NCBI GenBank assembly: GCA_022709405.1 | Contig: JAKLIV010000003.1 | Location: 1,883-65,882, forward strand | Length of the DNA stretch: 64,000 nt | Direction: 5' to 3' | Source: Spirochaetota bacterium | GTDB taxonomy: Bacteria; Spirochaetota; UBA4802; UBA5550 | Part shown: one piece after another, positions 25,410 to 33,525 of the stretch | How positions within the stretch are numbered: the first letter of the stretch is position 1 | Layout of the letters: every line of letters starts with the position of its first letter | The notes under the pieces: model-generated | The model's input: only the letters and a program-made list of their open reading frames with translations | Told to the model about the DNA's origin: nothing | Database searches by the model: none | Program-made: the position numbers and the translations under genes

Positions 25410-25838
25410 TCAGATATTGTTAACTTTAATTGAAACCCCCATTTCACTGCAAAAATTTACCAGGCTTTTCCATTCTTTTTCAACGATATTTCTCAAAACA
25501 TTCATTTCAAGGTCCTGATATTCATGAATTGCGACATTCCTGAACCCGGTCATACCTATCATTGATTTTACGGTTAAATCAGTGAGAAGAGATGCTTTTT
25601 TCAGTAAAATAAATGCGTCAGCACTGTTTTGAGGGATTCCGGCATGATGTATTGAGACAGCGTGCATGGCGCAGTCAATTGCCGCCCGGCAGGTCCGTTC
25701 AATATTAAGTATCATTGCATCTATATGCGTAAAATTTTTCAATTCAGGATCAGCGTGAAATTCTTCCATCATCCTTCTTAATGAACGCTCAATTATGGCC
25801 CCCTTGTTCAAAATAACATCATCTGGCTCTATAGGCAT
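25410..25838 (-). CDS. hepT: HepT-like (DUF86/HEPN) toxin of a HepT-MNT toxin-antitoxin pair
   Basis: The Rx4HxY motif is 'FRNVAIHEYQDL'. The likely start is ATG at 25838 (MPIEPDD), overlapping the MNT stop. The track ORF extends to 25883. Confidence 0.8.
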   Translation of the reverse strand: MPIEPDDVILNKGAIIERSLRRMMEEFHADPELKNFTHIDAMILNIERTCRAAIDCAMHAVSIHHAGIPQNSADAFILLKKASLLTDLTVKSMIGMTGFRNVAIHEYQDLEMNVLRNIVEKEWKSLVNFCSEMGVSIKVNNI

Positions 25839-26214
25839 CGAGAACCTCCCTGCGGTCTTCGTTGAACCTCGCATACATTCCAAGAAGCGTCGCCACCGTC
25901 AAATCCGTGTGAAACCTGTCTCGTGCATAAATCATCTTCCCTGAAAAAAATGCTTCCCTGGCATAAACAAGATTTCTAGAACTGATCAGGCCAATATCGA
26001 CCTTGCGCCCGACAATACTGGTCAGGTGGTTCTCGATTTTTGACCTTTCAAGAGCATCAATATAATCTCCCTTTATTGTAATAATTCCGACATCAATATC
26101 GCTGTCAGGGCGCGCATGTCCCCTGGCGACGCTTCCCAAAATATATACGGCAAGAACCCTGCTATCCCTGCTTAATTCTTCCTTAATGATTTGTACGGCA
26201 TTATCAATATTCAT
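25819..26214 (-). CDS. mntA: MNT-type nucleotidyltransferase antitoxin
   Basis: The minimal NTase motif is 'ILGSVARGHARPDSDIDVGII' (GSx..G..x5 SDxD). It lies immediately upstream of, and overlapping, the HepT gene. Confidence 0.8.
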   Translation of the reverse strand: MNIDNAVQIIKEELSRDSRVLAVYILGSVARGHARPDSDIDVGIITIKGDYIDALERSKIENHLTSIVGRKVDIGLISSRNLVYAREAFFSGKMIYARDRFHTDLTVATLLGMYARFNEDRREVLDAYRAR

Positions 26215-26231
26215 CTGTGTCCATCTGCGGT

Positions 26232-26430
26232 TAAATCTTTTTTAACTCCGCGCCCTCCGGGTCTCCGTGGTGAATCTTCTCCCTGTCATCACCATATCCG
26301 GCCTTACACTCCATCACCTTGGCGCTCTTTGCGCCGTTGCCTGAAAACCTTTTATCTTTTACTCCGAGTTCGCCGCGTCGCCGCGTGAACATTTTCTCCT
26401 CATAATTCATGGTTTAATCCGTGTCCCATC
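26232..26430 (+). repeat. Interspersed ~200-bp repeat element, copy A
   Basis: ...CCTCCGGGTCTCCGTGGTGAATCTTCTCCCTGTCATCACCATATCCGGCCTTACACTCCAT...TTTGCGCCGTTGCCTGAAAACCTTTTATCTTTTACTCCG...CGCGTGAACATTTTCTCCTCATAATTCATGGTTTAATCCGTG aligns along its length with 27743..27940. Confidence 0.85.
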
Positions 26431-26498
26431 CGATTCCAGCCGTGTCCATCTGTGGAAAATTCTTTTCTCTTTATCTCCTTGGCTCCGCGCGAGATATA

Positions 26499-27164
26499 TT
26501 ATTCAGGACTTTTATACAGAGAATTATCCGCGTCTGATATAATATCTTCACATATGCGCGATAAAATATTTTTATCAATTTTTATTTCAACTATTGTTTT
26601 AAGCTTTAAGAGCCACTCAACCGGGAAATCCATCAATCTTTCAATAAGGAAACTCCTTTCTATAAGCACTTTCTTGTTCGCAATTGAAAGTATTTCGCCC
26701 CAGTTGAATTTTTCATTGTAAGAAAGGGCGCATAAGTCAAATATATCTTTCTCTTCATCCCGGTTCATAATTGCGACTATTTTATTTGTCAGGATGTTGA
26801 GCTTGTTATCAATTCTCATTCCATTGATAACATTGCTTTTCCCTTCCCTGTATACTCTGTCATTGACAAAATCGAGCTGTAATAAATCCTGTACAACAAT
26901 CCTCTGAAAATCTCTTTCCTGGACCGCTTTGTGGTATTCAATCTCATTTTCCTGTAAGGCATTCAGTATCATTGATATGTTTTCGCTAAAAACCGGGTCA
27001 TTCATTGAAAAAAAATCAAGATCGTCTGAATATCTTAAATTGTAATAAAACCGGTGAAGAGCCGTACCGCCAGTAAGATAAAAATCGTGTGCCTGGGAAA
27101 ACACGATCTTCAGTATACTGTCCTGAATCTCATAGAGTTTTTTATACACTATCTTCTCTTCCAC
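26499..27164 (-). CDS. AbiEii/AbiGii-like nucleotidyltransferase toxin (short form)
   Basis: 'FYLTGGTALHRFYYNLRYSDDLDFF' (GGTAL...R.S.DlDf NTase core); 221 aa. Confidence 0.65.
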   Translation of the reverse strand: MEEKIVYKKLYEIQDSILKIVFSQAHDFYLTGGTALHRFYYNLRYSDDLDFFSMNDPVFSENISMILNALQENEIEYHKAVQERDFQRIVVQDLLQLDFVNDRVYREGKSNVINGMRIDNKLNILTNKIVAIMNRDEEKDIFDLCALSYNEKFNWGEILSIANKKVLIERSFLIERLMDFPVEWLLKLKTIVEIKIDKNILSRICEDIISDADNSLYKSPE

Positions 27165-27496
27165 TGCAGCCCTTCGACTTTATTTTTTTCGTTCAACAGA
27201 ATGTTCCTCAACACCAGTACATGCTTAATGATAAATTTTTCTTTATATCCCGGAGACGGTGAAAAAGAATTAAAAAGCTTGTTCAAGTCTTCCTGTTTAA
27301 AAATCTGTAACGCTTTCAACCTGTCTGTTGAGTTATACATAATCCTAAAAAAAAGTTTTTGTTTTAATCTGAAATTATCTGATTCGGATATGTCCTGAAT
27401 GTCCTTTTCAGTAACGTTACAATCCCAGTAACAATCCTTTATTATGCTTGTAATTATATCTCTTAACATCAATTGATTTGTGAATTGTTCTTTCAT
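27149..27496 (-). CDS. Small protein overlapping the start of the AbiEii-like gene; putative cognate antitoxin, family not recognised
   Basis: 115 aa, 16-nt overlap with the downstream NTase gene, same strand. No motif was recognised. Confidence 0.4.
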   Translation of the reverse strand: MKEQFTNQLMLRDIITSIIKDCYWDCNVTEKDIQDISESDNFRLKQKLFFRIMYNSTDRLKALQIFKQEDLNKLFNSFSPSPGYKEKFIIKHVLVLRNILLNEKNKVEGLQWKRR

Positions 27497-27571
27497 GACT
27501 TCTGTTTCCAGAAAAAGGATTTTCGTATACCGGCAGTCGCTGTCCAGTCCCGGTATTTCGAATCTCCTTTT

Positions 27572-27742
27572 AAAAATCTATTCTTTCTCTGCGGCCTCCG
27601 GGTCTCCGTGGTGAATCTTCTACTTGTTATCAACCGGTTTTTTCCCGTCTTTGTCAAATATATTATCTTTTACTTCCAGTTCTTTGCGCCGCTGCGTGAA
27701 AACCCTTTATCTTTTACTCCGCGTGCTTCGCGCCTCCGCGTG
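27572..27742 (+). repeat. Interspersed repeat element, copy B1 (divergent middle), in tandem with B2
   Basis: AAAAATCTATTCTTTCTCTGCGGCCTCCGGGTCTCCGTGGTGAATCTTCT...CTTTGCGCCGCTGCGTGAAAACCCTTTATCTTTTACTCCGCG...CCTCCGCGTG. Confidence 0.75.
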
Positions 27743-27940
27743 AAAAATCTATTCTTCCTCTGTGTCCTCCGGGTCTCCGTGGTGAATCTTCTCCCTGTCA
27801 TCACCATATCTGACCTTACACTCTATGACCATTGCGTTCTTCGCGCCGTTGCGTGAATATCTTTTATCTTTTTCTCTGCGATCTCTGCGAACCGGCATGA
27901 ACATTTTTTCCTCATTATTCACGGTTTAATCCGTGCCCAA
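27743..27940 (+). repeat. Interspersed repeat element, copy B2
   Basis: AAAAATCTATTCTTCCTCTGTGTCCTCCGGGTCTCCGTGGTGAATCTTCTCCCTGTCATCACCATATCTGACCTTACACTCTAT...GCGCCGTTGCGTGAATATCTTTTATC...ATGAACATTTTTTCCTCATTATTCACGGTTTAATCCGTG. Confidence 0.85.
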
Positions 27941-27946
27941 TTCCTC

Positions 27947-29227
27947 TCATATCTCCCATACCGGCACAGAAACGACCTCCCTTGACAGTGGGATGATTCC
28001 TTCCCTGAAGCATATCACCGCTCCCTCGCCGACTTCCTTTTTCAGCTTGCCCAAAACAGAAAAGCTCCTGATATCAGCCAGGCCGGGTGTCGCCGTCTTC
28101 TTGACTTCTATCGGATATAGTTTGCCATTCGCTTCGACGACAAAATCGATCTCTTTCTGGTCATTGTCCCGGTAAAAATAGATGCGCGCTTCCCTACCGT
28201 TGTGCCAGTAACTTTTCACTATTTCAGAGAAGACATAGGTCTCGAGAATTGCGCCGCTCAAGGCGCCGGCTTCAAGGGTGACCGGGGAGTCCCATCCGGT
28301 GAGGTAAGCACATAGCCCGGTATCCAGAAAATACAGTTTCGGCGTCTTGATTATCCTCTTGGTGATATTGTTATAATAGGGTTCCAGCATCCTGACAAGA
28401 CCCGAACGCTCCAGAATCGACAGCCATGATCGCGCTGTTTTGGGGTCAATATTGACGTCCCGCGCCATGTCCGCGTAATTGAGCAGTTGGCCTGACCTTG
28501 CCGCAGCCGAGCGTATAAAGTTGTAAAATGACAATTCATTGCTGATCTGGTATGAATCCTTTACATCTCTTTCAATATATGTCTTGATGTATGACCTGTA
28601 GAAGAGGTCACGGTTTTTATAATTGTCCACACGTAGCTTCGGGAACGATCCATTCCATATGGTTTCATACACCTGCGCCAGGGTGCGCGGTTTTTGGGCT
28701 TTCTTTCTCAATATATCAATTCTTTCTTTTGTTGGAAGAAATGGGATGTTCTCTTCGGGTCTTCCGGTCAATTCGCGGTAAGAAAGTCCCAGAAGATCGA
28801 TGATGGCAACCCTGCCCGCCAGCGTCTCATGAATGCCTTTCATTAAATGAAATTTCTGCGAACCTGTCAGCCAGAACCCTCCGGCCTGGTTGTGCTTGTC
28901 CACATGCATTTTAATGTATGAGAACAGCCCGGGAGCATACTGGATCTCGTCTATGATTACCGGCGGCGTGTTAATCTGCAGAAACAGCGCAGGATCTGTT
29001 GCTGCAAGATGCCTCTGTTCAAGGTCGTCCAGTGTTACATATTTTCGACTGTTATCGGCAAGCTGCATCAGCAGCGTGGTTTTACCGACCTGCCGTGGAC
29101 CTGTAAGCATGATTACGGGAAAGGTTTCAGAAGCGTCATTTATTGTTTGAGATAAAGTCCGTTTTATTATTGTCATCTGTCCACAGGTCGTGTAATCAGG
29201 ATTATAATTCCATAATACACGGCACAA
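27947..29227 (-). CDS. AAA-family ATPase with DUF4143-type C-terminal domain (COG1373-like)
   Basis: Walker A 'LTGPRQVGKTTLL' and Walker B 'VIIDEIQYAP', with the typical 'YFLDTGL' and 'EIDFV' C-terminal blocks. An alternative start is ATG at 29173 (MTIIKR). Confidence 0.75.
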   Translation of the reverse strand: MCRVLWNYNPDYTTCGQMTIIKRTLSQTINDASETFPVIMLTGPRQVGKTTLLMQLADNSRKYVTLDDLEQRHLAATDPALFLQINTPPVIIDEIQYAPGLFSYIKMHVDKHNQAGGFWLTGSQKFHLMKGIHETLAGRVAIIDLLGLSYRELTGRPEENIPFLPTKERIDILRKKAQKPRTLAQVYETIWNGSFPKLRVDNYKNRDLFYRSYIKTYIERDVKDSYQISNELSFYNFIRSAAARSGQLLNYADMARDVNIDPKTARSWLSILERSGLVRMLEPYYNNITKRIIKTPKLYFLDTGLCAYLTGWDSPVTLEAGALSGAILETYVFSEIVKSYWHNGREARIYFYRDNDQKEIDFVVEANGKLYPIEVKKTATPGLADIRSFSVLGKLKKEVGEGAVICFREGIIPLSREVVSVPVWEI

Positions 29228-29330
29228 TGGATTAAATCAATTCATTTTTTCTCCGCGCACCATCGGCTCACATCCATGTCCATGTGTTTAAATCGTTCAT
29301 CTCAAGCCTGTGAGCAAAAATTTCTTGCAA

Positions 29331-29356
29331 GCCCCCCGCCGGGGGGGTTTGGGGGG
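29331..29356. terminator. GC-rich hairpin (C6-GCC-G7) with flanking T/A runs; possible terminator/insulator between the glycan operon and the island
   Basis: The + strand reads GCCCCCCGCCGGGGGGGTTTGGGGGG. On the - strand the hairpin is followed by the CTTGCAAG palindrome and AAATTTTT. It lies about 170-190 nt downstream of the 29520 stop. Confidence 0.3.
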
Positions 29357-29398
29357 TCATCTATGTAAAATGCTTTTCAGCGATCTCAGCGCATCCGT

Positions 29399-29520
29399 AA
29401 AAAATCTATTCTTCCTCCGCGGCCTCCGGGTCTCCGTGGTGAATCTTCTCCCTGTCATCACCATATCTGGCCTCACATTCTATCTTCCTTGGCGTTCTTT
29501 GCACCACTGCGTGAAAATTT
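29399..29520 (+). repeat. Interspersed repeat element, copy C (5' two-thirds)
   Basis: AAAAAATCTATTCTTCCTCCGCGGCCTCCGGGTCTCCGTGGTGAATCTTCTCCCTGTCATCACCATATCTGGCCTCACATTCTAT...TTTGCACCACTGCGTGAAAATTT. It ends at the stop codon of the 29520..30698 gene. Confidence 0.85.
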
Positions 29521-30698
29521 TATTTTGGATTATTCCTCTTCCTGATTTTGCGAAACAAATCCATCCCCTTGTTCAGCAGACCCCGGCCTCCCGGCACCGT
29601 CAGCATCGAATAATGATATGAAACCAGGGACGGGTCGGTGTTTTCCCGGTACCGGTAGCGGATGAAATTCCCCACGTCCTCGCAGTCGGCCCTGCGCGCG
29701 AGGAAAATGTCATCCCCCCGCATGTCGTCGACGACCCCGGCCTCGACCGGAAGCATGTCCCGCGCGAAGGACATCTCATGCTTGCGGCATTCCTTCGAGG
29801 TGAGCACATAGGAGTTCGGTATTCCCGAAAGTGACTTCATCCCGTAAAGGTCAACGGCAAAATCGTACCCTGAAAGCGCGGGATTCAGCGCCGCCAGGCA
29901 GGAAGGGACCATCTCGCAGTGAGCGTCGTACTTCGCCTTCGAGTCCCGCAGCTTCTTGAACGCGAACGATCTTTTGCCGCGCGCAATCGGCACCTGGAAG
30001 ATCCTGTTTTTCTCATGGTGCGCGCCCCGGTCCCCGAAGTTGGTCGTAAGAGAATGCAGCGGATAAACGAAAAACCTGCCTGTATCTATGAGGTACTTCA
30101 TGAATATTTTTTTCCATGACGATTCGGGCCAGCGCAGCACGTTCGGCGGAATCCCGGTCGTGTCATTTGTCTCTGAATTCGAACTATGCCATTTCCTGAA
30201 CGCCTTCCACTGATCTGCAGTCCAGCACTGGCCCCACGAGCAGGGAACCTGCATGAAGAACACGTCGCTGCCGTCGTCGAGCGGCGCGAACGGGAACCCG
30301 GCTGTCTCGTTGAAGCGGTGCGAATAGAGAGAAATCCCCGCCACGTTTTTATCCTCCCTGTAAAAAAACGCAGCGGCCATTGCATACTCGTAAAACCAGG
30401 GGGATACGTACAGGTCGTCCTCGAGGATGATTGCAGCGCCGAATTGCACGGCCATGTCGCCGCACGATAGAACGTGGTCCCTGAGCCCGAGGTTTCTTTC
30501 GTGAACAATGACTTCCTTTTTTCCGGCAGTCCACTGGAATTCCCGCGCGATACGCGCGGTATCTTCGCTGCCCGGGCCGCCGTCGACGCTTATGACGAGC
30601 TTCACGTTTTTCGGATAATTCGCGCGCGCGATCGACCCGAGCAGGCGGGAGAGGGACGCGGGCCTATTGAACGCGGTGATAACGATCGGGATGTTCAT
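29520..30698 (-). CDS. GT-A fold glycosyltransferase (GNT-I/GT2-like, EDD motif)
   Basis: 'MNIPIVITAFNRPASLSRLLGSIARANYP..KLVISVDGG' and 'AIILEDDLYVSPWF'. Confidence 0.6.
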   Translation of the reverse strand: MNIPIVITAFNRPASLSRLLGSIARANYPKNVKLVISVDGGPGSEDTARIAREFQWTAGKKEVIVHERNLGLRDHVLSCGDMAVQFGAAIILEDDLYVSPWFYEYAMAAAFFYREDKNVAGISLYSHRFNETAGFPFAPLDDGSDVFFMQVPCSWGQCWTADQWKAFRKWHSSNSETNDTTGIPPNVLRWPESSWKKIFMKYLIDTGRFFVYPLHSLTTNFGDRGAHHEKNRIFQVPIARGKRSFAFKKLRDSKAKYDAHCEMVPSCLAALNPALSGYDFAVDLYGMKSLSGIPNSYVLTSKECRKHEMSFARDMLPVEAGVVDDMRGDDIFLARRADCEDVGNFIRYRYRENTDPSLVSYHYSMLTVPGGRGLLNKGMDLFRKIRKRNNPK

Positions 30699-30767
30699 GC
30701 TTTATGCAAGTTTATTCGCGCATAAAAATCAAGAATAAAAATATTGGATTCGCCGGCTGACGATTTT

Positions 30768-31850
30768 TCAGCGCAGAGAGGAGTCCAGGCTGTTGATGAA
30801 TTCGACGATCCCGCGGACCCTCTCAAGGCCCCTGGACGCGGGATCCCTTTCGGCCTGCTCGTTGCCCGAGTCGAGGCGCGCGACCCATCCGCACCATGAG
30901 AACTGGAACCGCTCCGGTGAGCGGCCGCGCCCCTGTTTCTTTTCCCAGGGATGAACCCGCGGCCAGGCGTCCCATTTCCCCGGAACGCGCAGGCGCCGGA
31001 GCAGCTCGACCTTGGGCATCGATCCGTAGGGCAGGTCCTCGTCGAACTCCTCGAGCGCGTCGCTGCGGAATATTATCTGAGGCTCCTCGTCTGCGCGCGG
31101 CCTGAAACCCGGGCCGAGAAGGTTTTCATTGCTGCCCGTTCTCGCCATCGGCACCATGAAGTATCTGATCCACGGGCTGCCTGCCACCGAGCGTTGAATT
31201 TCTTTCCACGCGTCCATGGTCAGAAAACAGTTCCCGTCCCAGGGCATGACCCATTTGGCGCGCGCCCTGCCGTGGCGCAGCGCGAGGTTGCGGGCGCCGT
31301 TGTTGTTCATGACATACAGTTTTTTGTTCTTCAAGCGGCGGCTTTCAACAGTCAGCCTGAGCCATTCGTCCCCGGGACGGCGCTCCAGGTATCCCGGCGG
31401 GGGCAGGCCCTGTTCGCTGGGGCCGATTTTGAGGTACTCGTCAGCGTCAAAGGGGATTTCGATATACTCGCGCTTGTTACTTTTCAGCAGGCCGATCAGT
31501 TTTTCCTTCTCGTCCCGGTCGACGATCCGGTTCAGCACCCATATCTTCGCGCACCCGGGAAATTCCGGCTCTTGTTCGAGCATGAATTTCAGGTTCTCGC
31601 GAGTCTGTCCCTGTTTATGGCGCGGAGGCAGGTCGTTGCCGAGGATCCGGTACAGTGCGAAGGTGTCGGGAGAGGATTTCAGGGCGCTCCGGGAATAGGA
31701 TGCTCTGGCCTTATTCATCTGCCTGCGCGCGTCGAATGCAATCACCCGCCGCATCACGGGAAGAAACAGCGGGACGTAAATCACGGCGTCGAAATGCGAG
31801 CGCGCTTTTGTTTTCAGCTTCAGAATTTTTATTATTACCGCTTCAATCAT
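30768..31850 (-). CDS. Uncharacterised protein, divergent GT-A-like
   Basis: 'YRILGNDLPPRHKQGQTRENLKFMLEQEP', 'WVLNRIVD' and 'YVMNNNGARNLALRHGRARAKWVMPWDGNCF' (NxxGxARN ... DGN in place of DxD). There is an 8-nt overlap with the upstream gene. The long + strand ORF 30951..31946 is judged to be an antisense shadow. Confidence 0.45.
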   Translation of the reverse strand: MIEAVIIKILKLKTKARSHFDAVIYVPLFLPVMRRVIAFDARRQMNKARASYSRSALKSSPDTFALYRILGNDLPPRHKQGQTRENLKFMLEQEPEFPGCAKIWVLNRIVDRDEKEKLIGLLKSNKREYIEIPFDADEYLKIGPSEQGLPPPGYLERRPGDEWLRLTVESRRLKNKKLYVMNNNGARNLALRHGRARAKWVMPWDGNCFLTMDAWKEIQRSVAGSPWIRYFMVPMARTGSNENLLGPGFRPRADEEPQIIFRSDALEEFDEDLPYGSMPKVELLRRLRVPGKWDAWPRVHPWEKKQGRGRSPERFQFSWCGWVARLDSGNEQAERDPASRGLERVRGIVEFINSLDSSLR

Positions 31851-33489
31851 GGCTCTCTTTGGCGCACTCCAGAATTACTGAATCGTTCAACCCGAGAAAG
31901 GCCGCCATTCCAATGCGTACTTCTTTGCAGACCATTACCGGCCTGACGGCGAATCCCGCCTTCCCGATTTCTCCGGAAATTTTTTCGAATCCTTCAGCCG
32001 GGATCGCGCCCTTGCAAGGCAGATGGAACACCGCCTTTCCGTCGTTCTTCAGAATCCGCGCCATTTCGATGAACAATGACGGATTATACTCGCCGTTCCC
32101 GGGCATCCGCGAAAAAACAACGAGGTCAAACCTGCCGTCAGGGAAAAAAGTATCCGCGGGATCGGCTTTGACCATCGCCATGCGCGAAGAGGCGTCCATG
32201 GACGTATACACGGCATTATCGAGCTCCCCGAGCTTCTGCATGAGGGGTTTCTCGGGCGATATATGCAGGATTGAAACCGCGCGGCCCGGCAGAGCGGGGG
32301 CGACATGGTTCGAAAAATACGCCCAGAACACCCGGTGTCTCTCCATCGAGGAGCAGCGAGGGCATCTCAGGGAATCATGCGCTTCATCGGTCTCTGCGAT
32401 AAACCCATCGATAAACGAAAGGCATACCGGGCAGAACAGTTTCCCGTCGGCTCTCTTGAACTTTTTCTGCAGCATCCGGTACGAAGGCGGAACATGGCTG
32501 GGAACGCCCCGGCGGCCGATTAATCTCCGTATGCAGCGGCCCGGCGCAGCAGCATTCACGGTCTGACCGGTTTTTATCGACGAGATCAAATCCGCAAGCT
32601 GACCGGCCCTTTTTTCAAAAGTATAATCGTTCACGACCGCCTTACATGCAGGCAGGGCCTTTTCGGCGACCGAATCATAATGGCCGAGCATCCTGTCAAG
32701 GCAGCGGAAAAAATCATCTCTCGTTTCGTAATACAGGATTCCCTCTGGAAATCTTTCGCGCAGCGATTCATGGCAATCGCTTATCACCGGCAGCCCGCAT
32801 GCCAGGGCGTCGAATATCCTGTTGTTGATGTAGCCGAATCCGCGCATGTCGTTCCAGTGATCGTTGATGGTGAACCGCGACTTCCGGTACAGCCCGCCAA
32901 GTTCCTCGTTGCCGATATACTCTCCGGCGATGTACTTTTCGTCTATGAAATCTTTCCATCCCCTGCCCCAGACTCTGAGGTCAAGCCCGTATTCGATGGC
33001 CCACTGTACGCAGGGACGCGGTACGCTCCTGGTGTTCCCGACAAATACGACGCCCTCGCGCTTCCGGTCTTCTTCCGGCGGAAAAAACTCCTCGTGGTCG
33101 GTGCACTGAAGAAGGGTGATTACCGGCATGTTTAGGGTCTTCCTGATCTCGGCCGCGTGACTGTCGGATGCGACGCACACCGCGTCGTAGCTGCCGAGCT
33201 CGGAATCGCCGATTCCGGCCGGATGGCTGTATACCCAGAGGATATTTTTAGCGCCGCTTTCGGGATAATAGGGATACTTGCCGCGCAGCGCGAGAACCGC
33301 ATCGGCCCTGTCTTTCTTTCCCCATTCCGATTTGTAATGGGTCACGACCTCGATCCCGGCGCGCGTCAGGTATTTGGTCAGGCAGCGGCCGAAATGGTAG
33401 TCGCCCCATTTTTTCATGCGGTGGTCGTTCGGTGCCGGGTTTTTTATGATAAGTTTCATCTGGTCAGATATTTTTCGGCCGCCAAGCAT
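31843..33489 (-). CDS. Bifunctional protein: CgeB/DUF3880-like glycosyltransferase domain + zinc-ribbon class I methyltransferase domain
   Basis: N-terminus: 'FTINDHWNDMRGFGYINNRIFDALACGLPVISD'. C-terminus: 'CPVCLS...CPRCSSMERHRVFWAYF', 'ILHISPE' and 'FDLVVFSRMPGNGEYNPSLFIEMARILKNDGKAVFHLP', the same family as 13575..14351. Confidence 0.65.
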   Translation of the reverse strand: MLGGRKISDQMKLIIKNPAPNDHRMKKWGDYHFGRCLTKYLTRAGIEVVTHYKSEWGKKDRADAVLALRGKYPYYPESGAKNILWVYSHPAGIGDSELGSYDAVCVASDSHAAEIRKTLNMPVITLLQCTDHEEFFPPEEDRKREGVVFVGNTRSVPRPCVQWAIEYGLDLRVWGRGWKDFIDEKYIAGEYIGNEELGGLYRKSRFTINDHWNDMRGFGYINNRIFDALACGLPVISDCHESLRERFPEGILYYETRDDFFRCLDRMLGHYDSVAEKALPACKAVVNDYTFEKRAGQLADLISSIKTGQTVNAAAPGRCIRRLIGRRGVPSHVPPSYRMLQKKFKRADGKLFCPVCLSFIDGFIAETDEAHDSLRCPRCSSMERHRVFWAYFSNHVAPALPGRAVSILHISPEKPLMQKLGELDNAVYTSMDASSRMAMVKADPADTFFPDGRFDLVVFSRMPGNGEYNPSLFIEMARILKNDGKAVFHLPCKGAIPAEGFEKISGEIGKAGFAVRPVMVCKEVRIGMAAFLGLNDSVILECAKESHD

Positions 33490-33525
33490 GGCTGCCGGGT
33501 TTTCATTTCATTTAATTCGAATTCT

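Noticed and set aside
26215-29520. Could the repeats between the TA/ATPase modules be integron attC sites or CRISPR repeats?
   Set aside because: GTTAAAT/TTTAAC-like cores exist near 26228-26246 but are only about 7 nt apart. The repeats lie upstream rather than downstream of two of the three cassettes. No integrase is present. Spacing is irregular and the intervening segments are genes, not spacers.
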